The notes under the pieces are model-generated. The model searched no databases, had not been told where the DNA came from, and was given only the letters and a program-made list of their open reading frames with translations. DNA of 64,000 nt from Octopus sinensis (Eukaryota). Below are positions 1 through 12,347 of this stretch, piece after piece; the first letter of the stretch is position 1; each line of letters starts with the position of its first letter. Made by a program: the position numbers and the translations under genes. The stretch is from contig NC_043006.1 of NCBI RefSeq assembly GCF_006345805.1, positions 89,404,001 to 89,468,000 on the forward strand, read 5' to 3'.

Positions 1-493
1 GCTGATGTGCATGCAGCTGTGAGGGGAAATCGTCGAATCACCATCCGTGAGTTATCAGAGGGTGTGTAGATTAGTTATGGTTCAGTATCACTGAAGATTT
101 GGGTTTGAGACATATGTCTGCCAAGTTTGTGCCAAAACTGCTTTCAGCTTACCAAAAAGACACTTGGGTTTCAGCTGCACAAGATCTCCTTGATTGTGTC
201 GAGAATGATAGAAATTTTTTGAAAACTTTGCATAGGCCTCTGAACAGGTATTGCCAAGCATCTGGCAAAATTTAAGGCAAATTCTTTGCTCAGCTTTCTC
301 TATCATGGTCAATGCGACAATTACATGCTACACACCTTCCTTTCAGGCACTGCTGTAAACAGTGGAAGTGATGTTAAGCTTCAATGCGCATGCACAGCAG
401 AGTTCATGGTCAATCTGTGCTGAGCAGCTTCACTCTGCATGCTTTAGCTTCTTTACTATGGCAACAGTCTGGATACTTATTGATCAGACTACA
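1..493. mobile_element. Rearranged mariner transposon remnant (runs off window start)
   Basis: + strand 1-230 reads RRITIRELSE...(frameshift)SAKFVPKLL (WVPxxL-type linker). - strand 312-231 reads the transposase N-terminus EQRICLKFCQMLG. Mariner-type TIR (rc TGTAGTCTGATCAATAAGTATCCAGACT) ends at 493, followed by TA. Confidence 0.8.
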
Positions 494-1170
494 TATATTC
501 ATGCAAACACCTTAGACTGCATCCAAAGAAGGGCCACGACATGGATTGACATGAAGTTGGCTACCAGCACACTCAAAACTCTTCAACTTAAAACCAAAGT
601 TGAGTTCATATTAGGGAAGCAATTAAGATTAATTGCATTAATTCTAATAATCATGGAGGGCCTGCAAAAACCATTAGTTCATCCCCATTTTCACAAAATC
701 AAGTTAAAAACAAAAAACCCTATTTACCCCCAATAATATTCTCCCATGGTTCATACAAATATCAAACCTATTCTAGCAGGTTGGTCTGGAAGATCTCCAA
801 TTTGATATTCTCACTTATATGTCTCTTCTCTTCTTGTCACTCATAGTGTGTCCATTTCTCAGACCCCACACCAATTTCCACACCCACTCATTCCTCCTCT
901 AAATGTCACTTCCTTGGAAATCCTTCTTTGTACATGTTTATTCTGGCAGCCACTGATATATATATATATTTTTTATGTAATCTTTTAGTCAGGAAGGAAA
1001 GAAATGCCTATGACCTTTTGTAGAGCCAAGTGAGATAGGGGAGGGGGAGGAGAGGGAGAGAGAGAGAGAGAGGAGATATCCTAAAACAGGAGACCCTGGC
1101 ATGAATACTTTGCATATAGGGAGGGTTGTCTGCAGAAGGCTTCAAAACCTCCAAGTACTGGTTTCAACAG

Positions 1171-1395
1171 TTTAGCATTTAATCCAGTCATGTCCAGTCC
1201 AAATACTCCACTCATTTTATCTTCAAAACAGTCAGATCTCACCTCTCACACTTACCTTACAATGTCGTTCTAAAAATAAGCAATTCCATCATCAAAATAC
1301 AAAGATACAAGATAAGGCAGGATTAATTCAAAATAATGGGAATATTATTTATTCCCATTATTTTGATTTAAAAAAAAGCAATCTGAATGCTAAAC
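1171..1395. mobile_element. Decayed non-autonomous DNA transposon (piggyBac-like MITE)
   Basis: Inverted termini TTTAGCATT ... AATGCTAAA; outer TTAA/CCC ends eroded; family assignment from recall only. Confidence 0.45.
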
Positions 1396-1581
1396 AGACA
1401 AAGAGTAGAAGTCATTGAATGGAACACTGACAGCATCACTGTTGTTGCTCATAGAAGACCCAAGAAGACTGTAGGTGTAGTTGTGTTTTGCACACTAAAT
1501 TAATAACCTCTACCCATAAATACCCCAATGAATACCCTTGCAAATTTATCCTGGCATGGAAAACAAAGCAAAACAAAATAA

Positions 1582-1930
1582 ACAAGAGCACTCAGAGAGT
1601 GCAAACCTCCACCAAGGCAACACCAGCATCCTCTCAATGTTTAGCTGGAGATGATTTTTTAAAATGAGAATATCTGAAATAAAGTTGTTTGCTCTCACAA
1701 ACAAGAACGCTAAAAATGACCCAAACGACTCTAAAAAATTAAATGAAAAAAAAAACTGGATCAATCCCCAAATCTAATCAGTGCATGCCAGTCATGAGGC
1801 CAAACATCCCTGAAAGTTTCATCCAAATCCATCCAGTGGTTCTTGAGATGTCTTGTCCACAGACAAACAAACAAACACGACAGAAAACAATACTTCCACC
1901 TTGGAAGTAACAAGTAACAGGGTGGAGGTA
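1582..1930 (-). mobile_element. Helentron-associated non-autonomous element (HINE/DINE-1-like)
   Basis: subTIR ACCTCCACC (1605-1613) / GGTGGAGGT (1921-1929); 8-bp stem-loop TACTTCCA-CCT-TGGAAGTA (1891-1909); (CAAA)n microsatellite 1864-1876; terminal hairpin GCACTC-AGA-GAGTGC (1588-1602); flanked by AA (TT on minus). Confidence 0.75.
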
Positions 1931-1944
1931 ACAAGTGGGTGCAT

Positions 1945-2335
1945 ACCTGCGTGGTTAAGATCACTTTGCAACCATGTGGTTTTGGGTTCAGTTCTAGAAA
2001 GCCTGGGCTAACGAATGTCTTGTGAGTGAATTTGGTGCCAAGAAACTGTTTGGAAGCTTGTTGTGTGTGTGTGCATGCATGTGTGTGTGCATGTGTGTGT
2101 GTGTATGTGTGTATATATATAGTTATATGTATATATATATATGTGTGCCTTTGTGTTTATGTTCACACCACTGCTTGATGACTGGTGTTGGTTTATTTAC
2201 TGAACTAATCAGTTCAGCAAAAGAGACTGACAGAATAAATGCTACACTTAAAACTAAGTACTACAGTTGATTTGCACAACTAAACCCATCAAGGAATTGC
2301 TCCAGCATGGCTGCAATCCAATGGCTGAAGAAAGA
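1945..2335 (+). mobile_element. Octopus-type tRNA-derived SINE with internal (TG/TA)n
   Basis: A/B-box-like head (GTGGTTAAGA...GGGTTCAGTTC), body TTGTGAGTGAATTTGG..GAAACTG, microsatellite, tail GCTCCAGCATGGCTGCA; the same blocks recur elsewhere in the window. Confidence 0.75.
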
Positions 2336-2545
2336 AAAGTGTTAAAAAACACAGATATGTTTGAAAATGAAAATGTTACAAATGTGTGAATACTTAAAGC
2401 TGTTCAGCTTTTGCACATTTGATGAGTATTGTAATTAGCTTTCTTAATGATCCTTTCACAATTTTTCTGTCGATAAGATTTAAAAAGCAAGAAAAAGATT
2501 CTGCAAAATCTTAGTCTAAATTTTTTAGAGATTATTCTCATTTAA

Positions 2546-2582
<37 letters not shown>

Positions 2583-2929
2583 TGCAATTTTAATGCAAAA
2601 GAACATTAATGTATTATTTTCTTTTCTTCTTTCAATGAATAAATCAGAACAATGACATATATTGTCATAATGACACACTAAAATTATCTTATGATAATGT
2701 CAGGTTATAACTATGACCTGACTGTATGATACAAGTTATGATTCCAATAAAATTGAAAAATGTGAGGCAATTAGTTAAAAATTTCTTTAGAAATTCTCTA
2801 CCTGTAGCCAGCTTATAAGGGCATATTGTTTTGGAATTGTCTTCCTAGCTTTGTTATATTTTGGTTGGTTTGTAATTTGTCTATATTCGGGGATGACAAT
2901 ATTCTTTTTAAATATGATGGAAATAAGTG

Positions 2930-3370
2930 CAAGCATGGCTGTGGCTGGGTGGTTAAGAAGATTGCTTACCAACTGTAGGGTTTTGAGTTCAATCCCGTGA
3001 TGTGCTATAGTGCAAACACTTTGGGTAAGTGTCTTCTTCTGTAGCCTGGGTTTATCAAAGCTTTGTGAGTGGATTTATTAACTGGAAACTGAAAGAAGCT
3101 TATTGTGGTGTGTGTGTATGTGTGTATGTGTGTGTATGCACACATGCAGATATGTATGTGTGAATGTGTGTGTGTGTTTCCATTCTTTTGATATCACACA
3201 ATAGTTGTAAACAAGTGTCATCTACTCTTAATAGGTGTTGTTTGATTGAAATCTTTCATGAGAGGAAAAAATACCTTGTTTGGTATCAGGCAAGTGTTGG
3301 TGATAGGAAAGGCATCCGGTTATTCCATCTGACCCATGCAAGCAAAGAAAAGTGGATGTTGAAATGATGA
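2930..3370 (+). mobile_element. tRNA-derived SINE with (GAT)n-ending tail
   Basis: GCATGGCTGTGG..GTGGTTAAGAAG..GAGTTCAATCCC head, TTTGTGAGTGGATTT..GGAAACTGAAAGAAGC body, TG tract, tail GGAAAGGCATCC..ACCCATGCAAGC..TGATGATG. Confidence 0.7.
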
Positions 3371-3784
3371 TGGCCTCTCCCATCAATTTTAATGTATGAG
3401 TTTACAGTTGTTCAATTAATTAGACAACCTACTTATTAGTTTAGCATGCAAAGTGATCAAGTATTCCACAGACACGTATCTTCTATGTAATTCTTAAAAT
3501 TCGTGTGACACAAGTGTAACAAGACTGGGTTTTGAAATACAGGTACAGTCCTTCTGATGGGATTTATATATGGTTTCTGCCAGTTCAGATTCGCATCCAA
3601 GGCTTTGAGCAAGCCAAAAGCTGTGGTTAATGTATTTGCTCAATGTGCCATAGAGTGGGATTGAACCCAGGACCTCATGGTGGCAAAGCAAATTTGCAAA
3701 CCATTCAGTTGTATTTGCACCTACTTTTCCATGTTTAATGCAAGCAATCAAACTTGGTCTCTTCTTTTTATCTTTTAGCTATTA

Positions 3785-4115
3785 CTTGTTTCAGTTAATC
3801 AACTGTGGCCATGCTGGGGCACCCACCTTGAAGTGTTAAGTTGAATAATTGACCCCAGGACTTAAATTTTTTAAAATCTGATACTTATTCTATTGGTGAC
3901 AAACGTAAACACAAAGTCACACACACAAACACACAGGCACACACATACACAAATATAATGGATGAGACTCTGCACAGTTTCCATCTACCAAATTTGCTCA
4001 CAAAACATTGGTCAACCTAGGACTATAATAGAAGACTCTAGGCCAAGGAATCGCCCAGTGGGACAGAACTCAAAACCACATCCTTGCAAAGTGAGATTCT
4101 TAACCATACAACTAT
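3785..4115 (-). mobile_element. tRNA-derived SINE (same family as 1945-2335), reverse orientation
   Basis: Reverse complements of the tail (TGTGGCCATGCTGGGGCAC), body (CAGTTTCCATCTACCAAATTTGCTCACAA) and head (TTCTTAACCATACAACTATGCCTGC). Confidence 0.7.
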
Positions 4116-4229
4116 GCCTGCATATGTTTTTTCTCCCTTTTCTTTTAAAATTGCTGAATCTGGAGAGAGAAGTAGTCTCCATAGACCTTCATAGATCCCT
4201 GGAGACCAGTGATATTGATACATTGAATT

Positions 4230-4510
4230 ATGTAGTCCTAGATATACTACTAAGCAATGAGGTGGTCATGAGCGGAAAGTCTTTGATCCAGCAAGGACAG
4301 TGGAATGAGTGGAACACTGTATATCACCAAACCCTGGACATTGCTGTCTGGAGATCTGGGATTTGTAAGGATCACAGCAGAGCCCCAGAACCAAATGCCA
4401 GTCCATTGCAGAGTTCCTTATTTACAGCTGAGTGGACTGGAGCTGTGTGAAATGATGTGTTTTATTCAAGAATACAACATACTCTCTGATCCAGGAATCA
4501 AGACACTGTA
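4230..4510 (-). mobile_element. Second SINE family (Nin/Deu-domain-like core)
   Basis: ATTTACAGCTGAGTGGACTGGAGC core shared with 10850-11095 (-), 45800-45960 (+) and 53960-54260 (+); domain name from recall. Confidence 0.55.
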
Positions 4511-5280
4511 CCTCATATATTATACTAGCAATACATGCTGGAGTATGCAATATGCTTTTTTTTCTTTTTTCCTGGCTAAATGGAGACACAGTTAGAGTGG
4601 AATAAGAGATCTGTGAAACGTATCTAGTTGCTTCACCAATTCCTTGCATGCCAGAGCTTATCTGAGACTGCTTATTAGCAGCAACAGCAGCAACTAATTA
4701 AACTGTGTCTTTCATCTTTTTGGGATTATCAAACAAAGTGGCCATCAATGGTGGTGGATTGGAAGGATTGTTAGAACCTTGAATGAGATGCTTTTTGAGA
4801 TTCATTCAGGCTTTGCATATTCTGAATTCAATTTCCCACATGATCTTCTTATGTGGTAGACTTCATCTTTTGCTCGATTAAACATGATACCAGGCACTGT
4901 GGGTGCTTTTAGCAGATTCCAATTTAAATAGAATACCTTGCAGTATTTGATCTGGCCCTTTTGGGTACTGAGTTCAAATCTCACTATGGCCTACTTGGAT
5001 GGTGAAATTAATCTGTTGCCCTGTTTAACACTGTCACCTGGTCCTTTGGTGCCTTTAGTGGGCTTACATGGATGCATGCATTCAGGCCAGATCTCTGGTT
5101 TGTGATGATTTCCTCCTTCCCCACTCCTCCCAGTTTTGGAAGTTCCAAAGAGTCAAATACATTGAATTTTCTCTCTAGAAAGCATGAAATCTTACAAAAA
5201 AAAAACCAAAAAAAAAAAAACTATCAAAACACTTAATAACTGTTCAAAAATAACAAAGACACAATTCCTTCTTAAAAGGA

Positions 5281-5296
5281 CAACTAGATGGCGCCA
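5281..5296 (+). promoter_or_regulatory. CTCF-like binding motif
   Basis: CAACTAGATGGCGCCA, one mismatch to the CCACTAGATGGCGC core, in apparently non-repetitive DNA. Confidence 0.4.
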
Positions 5297-6025
5297 TGTG
5301 TCTCAGAATTATGATATGGTATAATATTAGACATGTGAGTAATAACTGGGAAAGAAGACATTTAAAAACCGAAGAAGATTAACCAAAATATGAATTATTG
5401 GAATTGTAAATGAATCTGGAAAAGACTTGTAAAATAAACAATGGTAGGGAAGGTGATGGTAGTGGCAAAACAAACGGAAAAAAAACATATAAAGCAGTTG
5501 GGAATTAGAGTTATCCAAGTTGTGTAAAAGTGAGATGAGTTAAGTAAACGCAGAGGAACGCAGCTGTTGGTTAAAGATGGCAAAGTTGAGAAGGGAAAAT
5601 AATTTGCATCTCTCTAGTAATGGAATGTGCTGTTTGGGAACTGGAAATATCATATACAATGGGTGATAAACACTCGAATACAAAGGTTATTTTGCTCACT
5701 TATTTAAATCTGCAGGTGAAAATTGATGCTAAATTATACATGATGGTGGTAATTTTAGCTCGGTGTCATTGCTTTTGTGAAATCTCTAAAAGGATACACA
5801 ACTGCCACAACATGAAACAGAAAATCTCTGATTAATAGCAGTATTACAAAATAAAATATATGAAGAGAAACGACCCAAAATATTTACTTGCAGTTTTGAT
5901 TGAAAATAAAGAGGAATGAAATGTATGGTGGAAAGGCAGTTGTTTAATTTAATTTAAAATAGTTTAAAATATCGAATTTGATCACCACATGACAGCAGGT
6001 CCTCATTTATCTATAACTAAAGTTA

Positions 6026-6183
6026 CTGTATTTACTTGTGTATAAGTTACATGCTCTTATATTTGATTTTAACTAAAAAAAAAAAATGGGGTCTGACTTA
6101 ATGCAAAGCCAAAACTATGAAGGGAAAAATTTTGTTCTGAGATGTAACACTAAATTAGGGATGAGACTTATGAATAAATATGG
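6026..6183. mobile_element. Decayed pogo/Tc2-like MITE
   Basis: TA|CTGTATTTACTTGTGTATAAGT ... ACTTATGAATAAATATGG|TA imperfect TIRs (CCGTA/TACGG type) with TA flanks. Confidence 0.45.
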
Positions 6184-6484
6184 TAAATAAAATTGTACCT
6201 GGTTTACAATTGTTTCACCTGATATCACATAAATCTATCTCCCTCTCTAAGGGTTGAATAGGTCTTGTGTTTCAAGTCTAGTCTTCTGGGGAGCAGAAGA
6301 CTAGATTATTAAACAATAGATAAACTAGCTGAAGGTAACAGGAAACAACTGCTGTATCTTTCCCATGAAAAGCCATGAATCTTTATGGAATATATGCAAC
6401 AACAAAAAAAAATGTGCTGAGTTGTGTGGGGAGTAAAAGATCATGGAGGCCCATGGTACCAATACTTGTAGGCATGACAAATGG

Positions 6485-6486
<2 letters not shown>

Positions 6487-6530
<44 letters not shown>

Positions 6531-6836
6531 AAAGGGAGGGAGAGAAAAAGAAAGTGAGAGAGAGAGAAAGAGACAAAGAGAGAGAGAGAGAGGGAGGAAG
6601 GAAGGGAGAGACAGAAATAGAGAGAGAGGGAGAGAGAGAGAAGGGGAGGGAGAGAAAAAGAGAGAGAAAGAGACAAGGGGAGAGAGAGAGAGGAAAGGAG
6701 AAACAGAAATAGAGAGAGAGGGGGAGAGAAAGAAAAAGAGAGAAAGTGAGAGAGAGAGAAACAGGGAGAAAGAGACAAAGAGAGACAGAGGGAAGAAGGG
6801 AGAGACAGAAATAGAGAGAGAGGGGAGAGAGAGAAA
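6487..6836. repeat. ~350 bp GA-rich polypurine tract
   Basis: (GA)n and degenerate GAGA/GAAA units, almost purine-only on + strand. Confidence 0.95.
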
Positions 6837-7479
6837 GCAAGGTCACAAATTTGGTAGGGGTGGGGGTTAGTAGATTAAATGAACTTGTCTTTTATTCTAT
6901 TGACCTTGAAAGAATGGAAGAAAAAAACTGATCTTGAAAACATTTGAAACCAGAAATTTAGAACAAATATTGTAAAACACAAACACTTCAGAGTTTGATC
7001 AACAAAGAAAAGAGTGACCATTTGCTAAGTCCAAATGCAAAGTTCATGGTTTTTTTTATTTTTAATTCTGAAAGAATTTGTAATATTCTATTTGCTTTAG
7101 TTTGCCTGACTGTCAACAAATATTTTTTACTGTCACAGTTGAGTAAGTTAGTTGCAGGAAAGGTATCCAACCGTAAAAAGAATTATTCCAACAAAAACAA
7201 GGCCATACCTGCTAGTTTGCTGGTTGGGGAGGGTTGGGGAAGATGCACAGCTGCATAACAAAAAAGTAAAAGAAAAAAGAACAATCCCTAAAACACAACA
7301 GCATAAAAATGTTGCCATAATTTTTTGGGGCATCTCTGTTCAGGTAGAATCAAAATACTCAGATAACCATCTAAATGCTTGAATGGATAATTTAAATTCA
7401 CAGATTGCTCTTAATTTATTGACTACCAAATACTTCTACCAAAGCCAGCATGAAAAATAGTTGGACATTAAAATGGTAA

Positions 7480-7872
7480 TTACAATGATGATGACGATGA
7501 TGATAGGAACCATTGTGGAGACAATGGCAGTGGTGGAGGTGGTGGTGAGGACAATTATGATGATGATGATGAGAGGAATCATCATGATGACAGTGGTGGT
7601 GATAATGAGAATGATGATTGTAGTGGTTGTGGTGGTGATGAAGATGATGATAAAAGTAGAGGTGATGATGATGATGATGATGACATTAATGAAAATTATG
7701 GGAGCAGAAATAGCAATAGTTATGGTGATTGTAACAGTGATAGTAATAGTTGAGATGGTAATAGTAATGATGATGATGGTGGTGTTGGTGGTGGTGGTGG
7801 TGGCGGTGGAGATGGTGATGACTGTTATGGTCATGGAGATGGTAATGATTATGATGGCAATAATGTTGATGA
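7480..7872. repeat. Degenerate (GAT/GGT)n trinucleotide region
   Basis: ATG/GTG triplet reiteration producing spurious poly-M/V/I/T ORFs. Confidence 0.9.
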
Positions 7873-8349
7873 AGACAACATTGGGATGGCACAGCAGCTG
7901 AAATGATCAGACTAAATAACTTCTCCCCTGTGGGATTAATGTGAAGCCCTGCTGTTGTAAGGCCGAAATCCTGTCTGAAGGGTTTCATCTCTTCAGTGTA
8001 TCATAAAATAAGAACCCTGAACATAATAAAGGCAATTTCACTAAGTGTGAACACCCTGTAAAAAGAAAAGCTTTGTGAACCTGATGCAAATCAAACTCAG
8101 AATCTGACATTTATGATCCAATCTATTCTGGGTTCAAATACATCTAAGCCTAATGCTGCAATTCAGAGTCCTTATGAGGGAGGGAAGGTGGGATGAAAAC
8201 CATTCTAATGAAATCAATTACACCCCAACCTCAAATTGTAACTTTACTCTTTTCCCTTTTATTCAGTGGATTATGTACAGCTGAGTCGTGTTTCTTAGTT
8301 GCTTAGTTTGAATTCCGATACCTATTTCAGTCTGCTTTTCATTTTATTG

Positions 8350-9126
8350 ATCAGTGTGCATACATGTCAGAGTGTAAGCACCCTGAGAGAAAAGTTGGGC
8401 ATAAACATCAGATGTGGTGTGCAACAGAGATGACTGTGCTGGTATGGTCATGTATTGCGTATGGATGATGACAGCAGTGTGAAGAAGTGTCACACCCTAA
8501 CAGTGGAAGGGACCTATGGAAGATGTAGACCCAGGAAGACCTGGGATGAGGTGGTGAAGCATGACTGTCAAACGTTGGGCTTTGCAGAGGCAATGACAAG
8601 TGACTGAGACCTTTGGTGATATGCTGTCCTTGAGAAGACCTGACAAGCCAAGTGAGATCATAGCTGTGGTCTATGCCAGTGCTGCATAACCGGCCCATTT
8701 AAGAGTACCCTTCAATCACTAGGCAATATTCTATGCTTGAGAAGACCTGTTGAGGCAAGTGAAATCATTGTTGTGGTTGATGCCAGTGCTGCCTAAGTGG
8801 TCCTGCGCTGGTGGAATGTAAAAAGCACCATTCGAGCATGTTTCTTCCCAGTGCCATCAAACTGACTTCCATGCTAGTGGTACATAAAAAGCACTATTTG
8901 AGTATGGTTGATGCCAGTTCCATCTGACTGGCCCCCGTGCCGGTGGCATGTAAAAAGCACCCACTACACTGTCAGAGTGGTTGGCATTAGGAAAGGCATC
9001 TAGCTGTAGAAACCTTACCAGATCAGATTGGAGCCTGGTGCACCCTCCTGGCTTGCCAGTCCCTGGCCAAACCATCCAACCCATGCCATCATGGAAAGCA
9101 GACATTAAACGATGATGAGGATGATC
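8350..9126 (+). mobile_element. 5'-truncated RTE-clade LINE (ORF C-terminus + 3' UTR)
   Basis: Decayed LREKLGI..WYGHVLRM..RPRKTWDEVVKHD; conserved 3' end GAGTGGTTGGCATTAGG..CATC..GCTGTAGAAAC..AACCCATGC..TTAAACGATGATG. Confidence 0.85.
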
Positions 9127-9752
9127 TCTATTTATCAAATGGCTAAATTACTTTTGGTGCAAAAGGACACAACTTGATACACCATTTTATGAAGACACAT
9201 GCACTTACATGCATACATGCATACAGACACACATACTTACATACATGCATTCAACCCCTATCACTACCATTATCAGCATCACCACCTTTTAGATTTAGAA
9301 ACTAAGTCAAAAAAATATCGACAATGCTACTTGAGACAACTTCCATTCCTCTATACTGATGACTCCATAAAATGTGTGCTTGAAAGATTATGAACAATAA
9401 AACACTTACCAGTTAAATGAAAAACATATCCAGTTTAGGGAAAATCTGATGTTGCTTGGAAACAGATGAATGTTGGCAACAGGAAGAGCATCAGGCTGTT
9501 GAAAACTATTTCAATGCATCCTGTCTGATGCATCAAGGATGGATCAAGTAGAGATTAAAATGATGATGACGATGATGATGACAATGAAACAAGAGTCATG
9601 AAATGATACTGTTTATGAATATCAACATCATCACATGATGGGTGAGAGAAAATAATTCCGGGAAGAGTGTTCTGCATACAAAATACAAATGTAGTAAGTT
9701 CTTTTCACGTATGTAATAGAGTGAATTCAAACGCTTCTAAGAACTGACAGTA

Positions 9753-9990
9753 GAGTAATCCCTCGACTATTGTGGGTGTTATGTTCGAAAAAAAACCCAC
9801 AATAGGGGGAAATCTGAGAAATAGGAACAATACTGTACTGTATATGTTTTTTTATTATTTTTATAATTTGTATATATTTATTTTATTATAAATGCAAAAC
9901 AACACCACAGAGAGATCAATGTAAGCTTAAATAATAAACCTAGACAGGTGAACTACAATAGGTGAACCATGATATGGCGAGGGGTTACTG
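9753..9990. mobile_element. Tigger/pogo-like MITE
   Basis: TA|GAGTAATCCCTCG ... CGAGGGGTTACTG|TA terminal inverted repeats (CAGT-type) with TA duplication. Confidence 0.7.
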
Positions 9991-10162
9991 TATCCAAGTA
10001 ATTAGTAGGTAAAATCTCCCCACCTCCTAGAAAAAGGTAAGTGTATGAAACATTAGATTTTTTCCCCACTTCTTGCACAATCCAGTGAATAAACTTCCCA
10101 AAAAATTCTGAAAAGAAAGAAAGAAACTAAAAAAATGGAAATGAAAACTGGAATTTACTCAC

Positions 10163-10278
10163 TGCATCTTCTCTTTCCGTTGTTCATTCACAGCATTAAT
10201 GTTACCTTCAATTTTTTCCATTGCTCTATGATGAATTTCCCCACATATGTTCCAGGTTTGGGGCCAACAAACTGATGC
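10163..10278 (-). CDS. Candidate internal exon of an unidentified host gene (ASVCWPQTWNICGEIHHRAMEKIEGNINAVNEQRKEKM)
   Basis: Acceptor ctcttttatag|G and consensus donor GCA|gtgagtaa; 116 nt; only one frame open throughout; not repeat-like. Confidence 0.55.
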
Positions 10279-10493
10279 CTATAAAAGAGTAATTAATTTA
10301 CCAATTAATGGGTGAGTATAATGATTTTCATTTTACAGATTTATTTTGGAAATTTTTAATTTTGGAGAAAGAAGCATTACCCATGATCTTTACATGTTCT
10401 ATAAGATATGGTATTGATATGGTTAATGTTCTATTTAAAACATTGCTGGTCAACCCCAGCCGGACAAACATGAGCAGTGAGAAAATTCTAGAG

Positions 10494-10668
10494 TAGTGGT
10501 TCTCAACTGCAGCCCTTAAGCATCCTTCTAGTAGCCCCCCCCCACCTCCCAGCGTTCTTCCCTCAATAAATATAACCATTTTTTTCTTTAACTAACTCAT
10601 GTTTAACTGCTTTTGATGTGAGTTCCGCCAAAATCAGGCATGGATATTAAAATGGTTGAGAACCATTA
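10494..10668. mobile_element. hAT/Charlie-type MITE
   Basis: TIRs TAGTGGTTCTCAAC / GTTGAGAACCATTA; 8-bp flanks TTCTAGAG / TTCTAGTT (6/8) resembling the NTCTAGAN Charlie target. Confidence 0.75.
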
Positions 10669-10849
10669 TTCTAGTTAGCTGATGTAGCATGGACAAAGAA
10701 CTGCTATAATGGTTAGTGCCAGGCTGAGAATGGGGTGTGGTTGATGCACCAAGAGTGACAAGTGGTGTACAAAGGAGTGGGTCAGGTGTGCCTGAGTGGT
10801 AGAAATATAAGATCAGTCAGCTCTGAGGATGAAAGTTCTTTCTTCTATT

Positions 10850-11095
10850 CGTTTGTGAACCTTATCACTCACAAGACTGGTTTCCATGGTGTACGAGTAA
10901 CAGACGAGTGTCCTCCGAACAGGACACCTGTCTGTTGTAAGGTTAACTTCCTAGTTATTGGTGGAACCCATTTACAGCTGACTGGACTGAAGCAAGAGGA
11001 GCTGAAGTACTCAAGAACACAATGTGCCACCCAGTTTGGGAATTGAAATCATGATCTTTTGATCCTGAGTGCAACACCCTAACCTCTCAACCATG
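10850..11095 (-). mobile_element. SINE with Nin/Deu-like core
   Basis: ACCCATTTACAGCTGACTGGACTG core plus rc tRNA-like head (GGGAATTGAAATC..GAGTGCAACACCCTAACC). Confidence 0.55.
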
Positions 11096-12263
11096 TACCT
11101 TACTAAAGTTCTTTATAAGACAAATAAAAATATAAAAAAAAGAAGAGAGAAAGGAGATGATACACATGTGAGCTAGAGGCTGAGCATGACCATCAGGGAT
11201 TGAACTGCAATCAATCATTTAACACTCTTCTGGATATGGTCAAGGTTGTCTGTGTACAAAACAGTTTAGTCAAAAGGAAAAGGACACCAATGGTCTCCAC
11301 TGGATCTTACCCTTGTGGTGGAATTGATATGGCTAATGTTCAAAAGTGCATTTTGCAAATGTATAAACATCACACAAGCATATTTATACTTATACATGCA
11401 TATAATGCATATTCCAGTATGTTATATGCACTCTTATTTATCCGTAGCATGGTTTAATACTGGTTTCCAGCTGAGCATGACCATCAAGGACTGAATTGAT
11501 CCAGTGAAGACACAATCATTTTCAGTAAAATGTGACACCAACTGAGCGTGCTATGGGCTCTCTGCTGCTATCATCATCTGTTATGGAAGTCTGCAAAGTT
11601 CAAATGCCTGGGTACAGGTGGATGTAATAACAGTTATTAGGCATGCACACACACATGTACTAACATGTACACACACACACGTGCACCCATCCACCTACTG
11701 ACACACACACACACATTTGGTGCGCTTCCACACAGCCTCAGCCACACTCACAAGCTATTAAACAATCTACAACAATGATAGAAAACATTTACCCAAGCAG
11801 TCATGTATGGTTTTTGAATGGGAAGTTTTTAACCCAATAGCCATGTTGTGTGTGTGTGTTAGTGTATGCATACATACATATCTAATATAATAAATGAGGA
11901 AACTAATTTCTGTGTGTCAGTGTGTCACATTTTTTCAACTAGAGGCCGTAGCCCAACATATCATACCATTTTGGAATCAGGCTGACTCCTTGAGTAAATT
12001 AAAAACATTCTGGGCTGAATCTGGACCTGCAAACTTGAAATTTTGGATTACTATGTTTCCATTACTGTATTTTTTTGGGAGATTTTTTTTTTCATGATTT
12101 TTAGTGACAAATAATATGATCATCATTGGGATATGACTCTGGAGGAAGCAATTGCAACAAATTCTCCCAAGCAAGTTGGAGATCTATTTGCAGATTTTTC
12201 CCATTAGGAGTTAGTTATTTAAAAGCCATCCTATTGGGTGGATTTTAAGCTAGAGTGTGTGTT

Positions 12264-12347
<84 letters not shown>

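Noticed and set aside
2699-2722. Small hairpin GTCAGGTTATA-AC-TATGACCTGAC (nuclear-receptor-like inverted half sites)
   Set aside because: Short enough to be chance; no other support
6325-6870. ORFs rich in ER/RE or SL/LS
   Set aside because: Translations of a (GA)n tract
7436-7988. Poly-M/V/I/T/H ORFs (also 58792-59158, 46391-46621)
   Set aside because: Trinucleotide microsatellite translations
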